In this document: one piece after another, positions 48,039-56,697 of the stretch
Numbering within the stretch: position 1 is the first letter of the stretch
How the letters are laid out: each line of letters opens with the position of its first letter
Source of the DNA: an uncultured Legionella sp.
Lineage (GTDB): Bacteria > Pseudomonadota > Gammaproteobacteria > Legionellales > Legionellaceae
NCBI GenBank assembly: GCA_902168255.1
Contig: CABHON010000004.1
Location: forward strand, 34,361 to 98,360
Length of the DNA stretch: 64,000 nucleotides
Reading direction: 5' to 3'
Notes under the pieces: generated by a model
Told to the model about the DNA's origin: nothing
The model's database searches: none
What the model saw: the letters and a program-made list of their open reading frames with translations, nothing else
Program-made: the position numbers and the translations under genes

Positions 48039-48110
48039 CTCCTTACGCTTGCTCAAGACCTCCTTTTTTTCTATACTTAAACATAGTACAAAAAACGAGG
48101 AGTTACTATT

Positions 48111-48479
48111 ATGGGATTACAAAAGTCAAAATATCCTGACTTTAATGAAGTGATAGGAATGGCTAGCAAGCTTTTCAAAGACATGCAAAAAAGCGTTTGC
48201 GAAATTACTGAAGATTACAAAGCAAAACGTAAAGCAGCAGCGTTTGAGGAAGCTGCCGAAAATGCAGCAAAAACAGCGGCAGCAGCAGCCAATCTTAAAC
48301 CCGAAGAAGTAGTTTCTGCAGAAGTTAAAGTGGATGTAAAAGCAGAAAAACCACAAACACCTGTAACACCTGAACCTACTACTGACGTAAAAGAAGAAAA
48401 ACCAGTCATTGTTGAACCGGTCATCGTTGAAGACGTAAAAGAAACAAAAATAGAAAAAACAGACGAAAAAAATCAATAA
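48111..48479 (+). CDS. hypothetical acidic A/E/K/P/V-rich protein (122 aa)
   Basis: A strong GAGGAG RBS is present. The second half is low-complexity and I recognise no family. Confidence 0.55.
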   Translation: MGLQKSKYPDFNEVIGMASKLFKDMQKSVCEITEDYKAKRKAAAFEEAAENAAKTAAAAANLKPEEVVSAEVKVDVKAEKPQTPVTPEPTTDVKEEKPVIVEPVIVEDVKETKIEKTDEKNQ

Positions 48480-48480
48480 T

Positions 48481-48867
48481 ATGAAGTTGATTTTTTTACG
48501 GGTTTTTATTTTATTTGGGTGCTTTTATGCCCTTAATGCATGGGCACTAGCTAATCCTGCGTCTACTAACTGTATTAAAGCAGGTGGCCAGCTTTCCCTT
48601 CATAAAAGAGGGGATGGTGGCGAGTATGGCATTTGCACGTTTGAAGATAATCGCCAATGTGAAGAATGGGCATTATTTCGAGGCGAGTGCCCAAAAGGTG
48701 GAGTAAAAGTGACAGGTTATACTTCACCGGCTCAAATTTATTGTGTCATTCAAGGTGGCAAAACTATCGCAGTTAATGCTATAGACGAAAAAAATACCCC
48801 TTGTATTTTCCCAAATGGGGCTCGATGTACACTTCAATCATTTTTTGATGGACAATGTCAAAAATAA
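48481..48867 (+). CDS. secreted DUF333-like (putative hemolysin-type) protein, two Cys-rich repeats
   Basis: Signal peptide. NPASTNCIKAGG...GICTFEDNRQCEEWALFRGEC matches the DUF333 pattern as I recall it (E. coli YoaF-like), and a second, looser copy follows. Confidence 0.7.
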   Translation: MKLIFLRVFILFGCFYALNAWALANPASTNCIKAGGQLSLHKRGDGGEYGICTFEDNRQCEEWALFRGECPKGGVKVTGYTSPAQIYCVIQGGKTIAVNAIDEKNTPCIFPNGARCTLQSFFDGQCQK

Positions 48868-48891
48868 TCGGTAGAATTAACTTTCTTAGTC

Positions 48892-48968
<77 letters not shown>

Positions 48969-49123
48969 GTATTATCAATGCCTTTTCTAGAAGTCCAACA
49001 GAAATAAAATCTTTTAAAAGGTATTTAATGGGACACTCAGAAACAATAAATTACAACAATGATATTCGTATTTTCTAAAATATTTTTGCTATATAATAAT
49101 AAAGGCACTGGAGAATTAAAAAT

Positions 49124-49300
49124 ATGAAAGCATTAATGAGCGAAACACTCCGCGAAATTATTAGTGATCCAAAGAAAAATGAGGAACTAAAAAAAGGAGT
49201 TTCAGAATTACAAAGCAAAACACCACACGTCAAAGCTATAGTGAATATTGGTAATCAAAAATATGAAGTGAGATTTGTTCACAGAAACGCAAAAAAATAA
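49124..49300 (+). CDS. possible 58-aa hypothetical protein
   Basis: Not in the track. GGAG lies 10 nt upstream. The translation is MKALMSETLREIISDPKKNEELKKGVSELQSKTPHVKAIVNIGNQKYEVRFVHRNAKK. I recognise no homology. Confidence 0.3.
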   Translation: MKALMSETLREIISDPKKNEELKKGVSELQSKTPHVKAIVNIGNQKYEVRFVHRNAKK

Positions 49301-49405
49301 TCTATGAATATTGCATTTCCAGCTTTGCTAATTTTTCTCTTAATCTTGCCCGGTTTTTTTTGCATTATCTTTTTATATCACTGTCGTTCTGAAATATAAT
49401 GATAA

Positions 49406-49867
49406 CTAGTTCTTAGCTTCATTCAAAATCACATTGGCATTATATGATTTTGCCACAGGATTGTGATACATTTTTATAGAAATTGATACGTAGGGTCGTT
49501 TAACAATATTAATATTCTCTTCCACCGTCCCATTCGCATATCCATAATCAGTATTTACGGTACCTGTATAAGATGAGTCAGTAGCACTTTGTACAGGTGT
49601 GACGTAAGTACTTGTGCGAATAGTTGTAGAAGAATTACTAATAATAAAGTATTTATACCCATTTTCCTTGGTTAGTTCAGCACATCTTCGTAGTCCATTT
49701 TGATAAGCATCATCAGCACTAGTATAAGCATTTCCTTCAAAAGTAACTGTATACATGTTATCTGCAATTTTGACATCATTATATCCACCACCAAATCCTT
49801 TGGATTGATAAGGTGTTGAACAACTGGCGGCTAACAGCAGTATGAAAATGAAGATAACTTTTCTCAT
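49406..49867 (-). CDS. lipoprotein, function unknown
   Basis: Signal peptide plus lipobox (LLLAAS|C); 153 aa. Confidence 0.7.
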   Translation of the reverse strand: MRKVIFIFILLLAASCSTPYQSKGFGGGYNDVKIADNMYTVTFEGNAYTSADDAYQNGLRRCAELTKENGYKYFIISNSSTTIRTSTYVTPVQSATDSSYTGTVNTDYGYANGTVEENINIVKRPYVSISIKMYHNPVAKSYNANVILNEAKN

Positions 49868-50095
49868 TTATGTTTCCTGAACTAATAAGTAATCAAAAAG
49901 AAGTATATATCTTATTTAATTAAATAAAAATGTTAAAACAAACAACAGCCTGCTATATATCCATCTCAATGTTAAATTTTATATTAATCGAGCGGGTAAA
50001 AAATTAGATCCTGAGAAGAAAAAATTCTTGAAGTTTCGCTTGCTTTTTGCACAAAAGAAAACTTGATGGTTCAGTTGGTTATCCTTTTATGCAAA

Positions 50096-50263
50096 TTAGT
50101 GGACGTGACAAACAATCGATAATTTTGTTTTTGGATGATCTGTAACAACATTTGTAAGTGCAACAGCACCCATTTCAAAGGATGATTTAACAGTAGAGCA
50201 AATACCTCTAATACCAATATCTGCTTCGTGAGAAAAATGTTCCCAGCGTTTTTCTATGTTCAT
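50096..50263 (-). pseudogene. archease gene relic (N-terminal ~55 codons, premature stop)
   Basis: My translation is [55 protein letters not shown]. It parallels the archease N-terminus (W-E-H-x-x-H-T-A-D-I-G-I-R-G...). Full-length archease is about 140 aa. Downstream frames to ~49990 show only weak, interrupted similarity. Confidence 0.65.
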
Positions 50264-50328
50264 GGTTTACAGTATAAGGCAATTTAAAAATTATGCTTAG
50301 GATAGGGTTGGAGGTGGTAATAAGAAAA

Positions 50329-50880
50329 TTATACGCTTTTCTTTATAAAAATAAGATAAGTCCATCGAATGACATAATCAAGAAAGCTATAAGTGGTGGT
50401 TAGGGTAGTTATAATAATGAGAGATGGGATGAGATTGGATGGGAAGAGAGGGTAGGATAATTGAAAAAGCAAAAGGGTAATCAATAATAATTGAAATACC
50501 GTGTTAACTTTACTGATGTAAGTAGGTGCAAATTCTATGTTTCGAAAAATAGCACACCATATTGATCCTAGAGATATAACCACATCCCGAGACACAATAA
50601 GAATAGTGAACCATAAAGGCAGTTGATGATTTATGGTTAATGCCACATAACTGGAAATAACTAAAAATTTATCAGCCAGAGGATCAGCAAATGCGCCCAA
50701 TTTTGATTGCCATTTAAAGCGGCGAGCTAAGTGCCCATCCAAGCCATCCGAAACACTAGCGACTAAAAAAATAAGAAAAGCAATGTCATAATGCTCTTCA
50801 AAAGCGTAATACAAAAATGGAAATACCAAGATAAGACGAAATGCCGTAATCACATTGGGTAAATAGCGCCATTTTGTCAT
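50329..50880 (-). CDS. CDP-alcohol phosphatidyltransferase (PgsA-like)
   Basis: DGLDGHLARRFKWQSKLGAFADPLADK is the D-G-x2-A-R-x8-G-x3-D-x3-D motif; 183 aa. The start overlaps the upstream stop (TAATG). Confidence 0.85.
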   Translation of the reverse strand: MTKWRYLPNVITAFRLILVFPFLYYAFEEHYDIAFLIFLVASVSDGLDGHLARRFKWQSKLGAFADPLADKFLVISSYVALTINHQLPLWFTILIVSRDVVISLGSIWCAIFRNIEFAPTYISKVNTVFQLLLITLLLFQLSYPLFPSNLIPSLIIITTLTTTYSFLDYVIRWTYLIFIKKSV

Positions 50881-52145
50881 TATTGTTGTTTTTCCCAGAT
50901 ATTAGCCGAGGATCTACCCATAAATTCATATTCAATACTATTATTTTGTTCATTTTTCCGAAGCATTTGTAACTCAGAATGTGTAGATAAAGTATTAATA
51001 ACGTCTGTTAGGTTACCTTTAACATGAAGTACATAAGAAACTTCTACGGGAGTGACTTTATCAATTTCAACTTCTACGATACTGGATTGGTTTTGGAGAT
51101 CATTGAGAATAAGTTGATAATCTTCAGCTGATTGAATATGAAAAATTGAAAGATGAACAATTTGAGTAGGTGTTACTGTTTGTAGGTTATTTTGAGGTTT
51201 TCCCTTTTTTGTTGGAGGTGAAAACAAGTTATGTAATGCTGTTTCAATACCAGAATTTAATGCTACTTGGCAGGTTTTTGCCTTTTCCGCCCAATGGATT
51301 GTTGATTTTCCTTCTGGACGAAGTGCCCAGACAGTTTCACAGGGTGATGTTTTTTCTGTTTGCATTTTTAACACCAAAATATTGGTTGCACCATATCGTT
51401 CAGACGCTTCAAGAAGTTTTTTAGGAGTAAGTTCCCATAGATTATTGGAGGAAATGGTTGAGAGATCATCAACATCATCAAAAGGAAATATAATTGGTAG
51501 GCCTATTGTATCAGCGGAGTCATGAAGTGTTTTTGCCCAATCTTGTCCTAATGTATCTTCTGAAAGGCTACCAACAAGGTGACTATTACCTTCAGTATCA
51601 CGGACAATGAGCCATATTAATATAGTGGGTCGCTTTTGATTAAATATAGGTTGCCCTGCTTTTTGTAATAAAGTGTCTATTTGTGCTGGATTAAAGTGGG
51701 CGTTTAACTGAAAAGAAGGGGAGCGCGTATAAGAAAATTGTTCTACTAAATTTTCTGAATTTTTATCTTTTAACGAGGGTTTTATTGAAGCGAGTTCATT
51801 AATATTCGGATTACCACTCAGTTTTACCAACACTTTTTGAAGAATTTTTGTAAAAGCGGGATAACGTTCTGCTTCCGATGCATCCTTTACGGCAACGCTC
51901 GCCTGATATAATTGAAGGTCTATCGTAGGTGCTTCGGGTTTTTCTTCTTTAATTACTTCGTCAGGAATTGGGTTATTATTATCAAAACTTTTTAAATTAG
52001 CTTCAGATAAACTATTGGGAGAGTCAGGTGAGAAGTCTTGAGTAGCAGCAAGAATTGATGGCGCAGAAAGAAGCCCCCATGTTATTCCAAAGGTCAAACT
52101 AAGCAATTTTACAAAGTGTTTTATTTTAAGTTTTCTCACGCGCAT
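50880..52145 (-). CDS. secreted hypothetical protein (possibly DUF2066-like)
   Basis: 421 aa with a signal peptide (LLSLTFGITWGLLSAPSILA), translationally coupled to the pgsA-like gene. The family name is a weak recollection. Confidence 0.6.
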   Translation of the reverse strand: MRVRKLKIKHFVKLLSLTFGITWGLLSAPSILAATQDFSPDSPNSLSEANLKSFDNNNPIPDEVIKEEKPEAPTIDLQLYQASVAVKDASEAERYPAFTKILQKVLVKLSGNPNINELASIKPSLKDKNSENLVEQFSYTRSPSFQLNAHFNPAQIDTLLQKAGQPIFNQKRPTILIWLIVRDTEGNSHLVGSLSEDTLGQDWAKTLHDSADTIGLPIIFPFDDVDDLSTISSNNLWELTPKKLLEASERYGATNILVLKMQTEKTSPCETVWALRPEGKSTIHWAEKAKTCQVALNSGIETALHNLFSPPTKKGKPQNNLQTVTPTQIVHLSIFHIQSAEDYQLILNDLQNQSSIVEVEIDKVTPVEVSYVLHVKGNLTDVINTLSTHSELQMLRKNEQNNSIEYEFMGRSSANIWEKQQ

Positions 52146-52293
52146 AATTCTACCAAATTTTAATAAACTTTAAAATCAAATATTATACTCCGCGTTTGGC
52201 TTTTTGTTTTGTTAAATTTTTTATTTATAGCTTGCTTATATTATTACAATTCGGTATAGTAACATAATCATTAATTAATTTTTAATTAAAAAA

Positions 52294-53709
52294 ATGTTCC
52301 AACAATCGCAAAACAATTATTTAACTCTCATTATAGGTCTTGTTGCTGTTGCCCAATGTGGCTTTGCTTTATACCTTCCTTCATTGCCCGCAATTACTCA
52401 TGCATTCCATGCTGATCCTTCAGCAGTGCAATCTACTGTTTTTTTGTATGTATTAGGTATTAGTATTTCCCAATGGTTCTATGGTCCTGCGTCGGATTAT
52501 TATGGCCGACGATGTATTGCTTTATTTGGGCTTTGTCTTTTTATTGGTGGGGCTATCCTTGCACTATTTTCCTATAAAATTATTTTTTTACTCATTGGGC
52601 GAGGTATTCAAGGCATCGGAATGGGTGCAGTTATGACGGTGAGTCGAGCTATTCTACGCGACGTATTTAAAGGAAAGACTTATGTAAAAAATGCCTCCAG
52701 ATTAGCATCTGTTATTGCGGTTTCGCCGGTAGTTTTTCCAGTTTTTGGTGGATATCTTCAATCATGGTGGGGGTGGAAAGCTAACTTCACCTTTATGTTA
52801 GTTTTTGCATCAATGATTAGTGTCTGTTGGTATTATTTTTTTCCAGAAAGCAAGACAGTTAATAATAGAGTTCTTTCCAAACCTGCTTATGCGCGAGAAA
52901 TTGGAGGAGACTTGGAGCGCACAAATCGGCAGGAAAGCCGATTTGCACAGGCACTGGCTGAAAGCCGAGGTCCAAGGACGGACCGAGTGAAAACCGGAGT
53001 GTACACGCGAGTACATGAGGATTCGAGCACCGAATCGACGAACAAGTTCTTCGCAAAAGTAGGGTCTGGAAAGAAATCTAATCAAAATTCTCTAAATATT
53101 CAATCTGTTTTAAAAAATTATGGAAGAATTATTCGTTCACCTATTTTTCTAAAAAATACACTATGTGGTGGCTTGATTTATGCTGGTGAAGTGGTTTTTT
53201 TAACAATTGCTCCTTTCTTAATACAACAGAATTTTAATTTAAGTGCTTTTTTATATGGATGGCTTATGTTCATTGCAATTATTGGATTTATTTTTGGTTC
53301 CCAAGCATCCTCCTATCTTGCTAATAGATTAAAACATACACAATTAATTCTGATTGGTTTAGGCTGTTGCTTTGTTGCCGTATGTTTTTTATTTGTAATA
53401 TATTTTTTAAACATTGAAACCATTCTTTCTATTCTTTCACCCGTTTCATTTTTTATGTTCGGTGCAGGATTTGTTTACCCTAATACCTCAGTAGGAGCAA
53501 TAGGCCATTTTCCTGAAAATGCAGGTACAGCAAGTGCATTATTAAGTAGCCTCCAAGGGGGAATAGCCATGGTAGCAACAGCGATTATTATTGCTGTTCA
53601 AAATAACTCCCTGGCAACCTTGGCGATAAGTTTTGCTGTGATTGTTTTACCTTCCTGCATGTTTGGCATTACTATTTTTTTTCAGGAAAAAGATTGTGTT
53701 TTAAATTAA
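52294..53709 (+). CDS. MFS drug-efflux transporter (Bcr/CflA-like) carrying an in-frame repeat insertion in the central loop
   Basis: 12 TM segments in a 6+6 arrangement and a GRGIQGIGMGAVMTVSRAILRDVF motif. The TM6-TM7 loop is expanded by about 73 hydrophilic residues encoded by the 52864-53082 element. Confidence 0.85.
   Translation: MFQQSQNNYLTLIIGLVAVAQCGFALYLPSLPAITHAFHADPSAVQSTVFLYVLGISISQWFYGPASDYYGRRCIALFGLCLFIGGAILALFSYKIIFLLIGRGIQGIGMGAVMTVSRAILRDVFKGKTYVKNASRLASVIAVSPVVFPVFGGYLQSWWGWKANFTFMLVFASMISVCWYYFFPESKTVNNRVLSKPAYAREIGGDLERTNRQESRFAQALAESRGPRTDRVKTGVYTRVHEDSSTESTNKFFAKVGSGKKSNQNSLNIQSVLKNYGRIIRSPIFLKNTLCGGLIYAGEVVFLTIAPFLIQQNFNLSAFLYGWLMFIAIIGFIFGSQASSYLANRLKHTQLILIGLGCCFVAVCFLFVIYFLNIETILSILSPVSFFMFGAGFVYPNTSVGAIGHFPENAGTASALLSSLQGGIAMVATAIIIAVQNNSLATLAISFAVIVLPSCMFGITIFFQEKDCVLN
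52864..53082. repeat. 219-bp palindromic element inserted in-frame in the MFS gene
   Basis: The ~36-nt imperfect terminal inverted repeats are AATAGAGTTCTTTCCAAACCTGCTTATGCGCGAGAA and the reverse complement of TTCTTCGCAAAAGTAGGGTCTGGAAAGAAATCTAAT. An internal perfect hairpin is CAAATCGGC-N6-GCCGATTTG. The length is a multiple of 3, and the element is also open on the opposite strand (two track ORFs). Confidence 0.65.
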
Positions 53710-53738
53710 TTTTTTCAAATCCAACTTAGGAGTATATT

Positions 53739-54611
53739 ATGTCCTCGCTTAAAATTGCTTTAACCCTTGATGATTTACCTATTCATGGAGATAAAATTGA
53801 GCGGTGCTCTCGATTAGACATCGCCAAGAATTTCACAAAAGCTTTTAAAAAATTTCATCTGCCACCCATAATTGGGTTTGCTAATATGAAAACTGCCTTA
53901 ACTCTTCAGGAAGGACATGAAGTTATTGAGCATTGGAGTGAATCAGGGAACATATTGGGTAACCACACGTTTAGCCATGTTGATTTAGAGTATGTTTCTG
54001 AGGGAGAGTTTATTACTGATATTGAAATGAATGAAAAACATTTAAATATGTTGTATTCGTTCGAGCATTATTTTCGATATCCCTTTCTTTCTGAAAGTAC
54101 CAGTTTTATGAAAAGAACTTTTTTGAATGAATATCTAGCTTCCAAGGGTTATATAGTTGCTCCCGTGACTATTGATTTCCATGATTTTATGTGGAATACA
54201 GCGTTGAGTAAATGTCTTACCCATAAAGAAGGAGCAGGCGTAGAATATTTAAAAAATACGTTTATTACTGCGGCGATAAAAGCAATCGAGCAAAGTGCCT
54301 CGCTATCAAAAAAATTATTCTCCTATGAGATCAAGCATATCATGTTGTTGCATATGGGAGTAGCCACCTCTTTTTTTATTGAGTCATTAATCCTCAAGCT
54401 AATGGAAATGGAGGTTCAGTTTATCTCACTGGAAGAGGCTTTATCTGATGATGCTTATATGCATGATTTTTATACTCCTGAAAGAAATGGGTTAAATTTT
54501 TTGCAACAAGCTGCGTCGGCTCATGAAATAACGGCAATTTCTTTTACAGAAACATTAAAAAAACAAGTACTGAGGTATGCTTATAACTTACCTTCAACCA
54601 TTTCATTATAA
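53739..54611 (+). CDS. polysaccharide deacetylase (NodB-homology domain)
   Basis: The motifs TLDDLP (TFDDG-like), GNHTFSH (H-x4-H) and FRYPFL (R-x-P-Y-like) occur in the canonical order. Confidence 0.85.
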   Translation: MSSLKIALTLDDLPIHGDKIERCSRLDIAKNFTKAFKKFHLPPIIGFANMKTALTLQEGHEVIEHWSESGNILGNHTFSHVDLEYVSEGEFITDIEMNEKHLNMLYSFEHYFRYPFLSESTSFMKRTFLNEYLASKGYIVAPVTIDFHDFMWNTALSKCLTHKEGAGVEYLKNTFITAAIKAIEQSASLSKKLFSYEIKHIMLLHMGVATSFFIESLILKLMEMEVQFISLEEALSDDAYMHDFYTPERNGLNFLQQAASAHEITAISFTETLKKQVLRYAYNLPSTISL

Positions 54612-54637
54612 CTAAATAACTAAGGAGCAAGTCCATC

Positions 54638-56485
54638 ATGAAACAACCTACTATTTTAGGCATTAATCGCACGCAAGATGCGAGCATTTCGCTATTTAAA
54701 GGGGGCAACCATGTTATTTCTATCCAAAAAGAGCGATTGACGCGAAAGCGGCATCATTGGGGAAAGTTAGGTGATAGCGCGCTTTATTTGTCCCGATTAG
54801 AAGAATTAAAACAACCTATTGATCTTATTGTTGAAGGTTATTCTTGTGACAAAGAGCTTAATAACATTGAGTTATATCATAAAGAGCTTGAAGAAAGTTT
54901 TACATGGGCTAATGAAACAAAAATTTTACCAATCTCGCATCATCTATCTCATGCATATAGCGCCTATTATCCCTCGGGCTTTTCAAATGCGGTTGTAATG
55001 ATCTGTGATTCAGTGGGTAGTCAAGGTAAACATTTTACTGAAAAGTATGATATACAAATAGAAAATTTAGAAAAATTTGAAGTAGCCTCTTTTTATTATA
55101 TAGAAGGAAAGGAAATTATCTGTTTACATAAACAATTATGGGATGGTAATAAAAAAGCCCCTCGAGGATTAGGGCAGTTCTATTTTCTTTTAACACAATG
55201 TATTTTTCCAGGAGAAGGTAAAGAAGGTAAGGTGATGGGGTTGGCTAAATGGGGCAATGCTGCGCGACTTAACTTGCCTCCGCTGGAAGTAAACCATGGT
55301 GACGTTTTCATCCCACTGGAATGGCAAGCATTGTTTAATGATCCAGAAAAATATAGTTTTTATAAAAATCGAAAAGGGTATTTTCATGATTGTGCTGATT
55401 TAGCTGCTGCCGGACAAAAAGCATTTGAAGAAGCATTACTAACATTAACTCAATGGTTAGTTTCCCAAACAAATTCATCCAATCTATGTTATGCAGGAGG
55501 AACGGCGTTAAATTGTTCGGCTAATGGCATATTATTAAAACAAGCACCTTTTAAGAAGATATTTATTCCCCCTGCACCGCATGACGGTGGTACTTCATTA
55601 GGATGTGCACTTTATGGGCTAATTAGTTATTACGGAATTATGCCTAATTTTAATTGGCAATCAGATTATTTGGGACCAAATAAACCGCTTTTTCTGTCAC
55701 GAGAAATACATTCACAGCAATTAAATTTGAGACAAGATAAAAAAAACGAATGTGGGCATGAAGAAAATGTAAAGAATATATACTCACAGCAATTGAGATT
55801 TCGGTGCGGCGCGAGCGAAGCAGGCGAAGAAGTGTATACTGAATACATGACTGAAGCCGATGCAGCTCGCAACAAAACCGAAATCTCAAGTGCGCAGAGT
55901 ATATTTATAGAAAAACCAGAGAATATTTATGAAGAGGTATCGAATAGTTTGCTAAGAGGTGAAATTATGGCACTATTTTTAGATAATAGTGAATTTGGCC
56001 CTCGTGCTCTAGGACATCGCAGTATTATAGCGGATCCTCGATATAGAGTAACAACTGATTGGATTAATCGGTATATAAAACATAGAGAATGGTTTAGGCC
56101 TATTGCTCCTTTTGTTTTAGAAGAAGATCTAGAGGAAATTTTTGAAACGAATCAAACATTGCCTTATATGCTTTATGCTGTTTCTGTCAAATTACATTAC
56201 AGACAAAAACTATCTGCGGCTGTTCATATTGATGGTACGGCACGTGTACAGAGTGTTTCACAAAAGATTAACCCTTTTTTGCATCGATTATTATCTATTT
56301 ACAAAGAAAAAATAGGAATGGGAGTCTTATTAAATACCTCATTTAATCGTCAAGGTGAACCCATTATTGAAACATTTGATGAGGCTATAGAGTGCTTTTT
56401 AAGTACGCCTTTGCATGCGCTGCTTGTACCTCCTTATATTATAAGAAAAAAAAATCCTCCGATTAATCCTCTTTTATTATGTTAA
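54638..56485 (+). CDS. NodU/CmcH-family carbamoyltransferase carrying an in-frame repeat insertion
   Basis: ILGINRTQDASISLF...QKERLTRKRHHWG, SHHLSHAYSAY, EFGPRALGHRSI and NTSFNRQGEPI are present. About 44 extra residues (NIYSQQLRFRCGASEAGEEVYTEYMTEADAARNKTEISSAQSIF) are encoded by the family B element. Confidence 0.9.
   Translation: MKQPTILGINRTQDASISLFKGGNHVISIQKERLTRKRHHWGKLGDSALYLSRLEELKQPIDLIVEGYSCDKELNNIELYHKELEESFTWANETKILPISHHLSHAYSAYYPSGFSNAVVMICDSVGSQGKHFTEKYDIQIENLEKFEVASFYYIEGKEIICLHKQLWDGNKKAPRGLGQFYFLLTQCIFPGEGKEGKVMGLAKWGNAARLNLPPLEVNHGDVFIPLEWQALFNDPEKYSFYKNRKGYFHDCADLAAAGQKAFEEALLTLTQWLVSQTNSSNLCYAGGTALNCSANGILLKQAPFKKIFIPPAPHDGGTSLGCALYGLISYYGIMPNFNWQSDYLGPNKPLFLSREIHSQQLNLRQDKKNECGHEENVKNIYSQQLRFRCGASEAGEEVYTEYMTEADAARNKTEISSAQSIFIEKPENIYEEVSNSLLRGEIMALFLDNSEFGPRALGHRSIIADPRYRVTTDWINRYIKHREWFRPIAPFVLEEDLEEIFETNQTLPYMLYAVSVKLHYRQKLSAAVHIDGTARVQSVSQKINPFLHRLLSIYKEKIGMGVLLNTSFNRQGEPIIETFDEAIECFLSTPLHALLVPPYIIRKKNPPINPLLLC
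55775..55905. repeat. family B palindromic element (~131 bp) inserted in-frame in the carbamoyltransferase gene
   Basis: The terminal inverted repeats are TACTCACAGCAATTGAGATTTCGG and CCGAAATCTCAAGTGCGCAGAGTA. The reverse complement aligns along its whole length with the 3163-3294 unit (GTTGC(G/A)AGCTGCATCG(G/C)CTTC(A/G)GTCATGTA ... CTGCTTCGCT(C/T)GCGCC ... ATTGCTGTGAGTA). Confidence 0.8.
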
Positions 56486-56697
56486 AGAAAATATCGTTTT
56501 CTTTTTAAAGAGATTATTTTATAGGATGGCCGGTATTCTTTACTCTATAGGATGATTGCCGGCCTTTTCCATTGAGAATGTGATGGCGTTATGAATTTAT
56601 CTTGCCCTCACATAAGAGATAACTTTTATTCCTGCCTCAGGTTATGTATAATTGAATTAGTCCAAGTCAACATCGGGACTCATAAGGAATAACTATT

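Noticed and set aside
48126-48476. Antisense ORFs of 116 and 69 aa opposite the 122-aa gene (F/C-rich peptide).
   Set aside because: They are mirror images of a low-complexity GAA/AAA-rich coding region. The plus-strand ORF has the strong GAGGAG RBS and the antisense frames have none.
52810-53085. Minus-strand ORFs (91 and 65 aa) inside the MFS gene, and similar ones (79 and 69 aa) at 55650-55889 inside the carbamoyltransferase gene.
   Set aside because: They coincide exactly with the palindromic inserts. Their openness on both strands is a property of the elements (noted as a finding) and is not evidence for separate genes.
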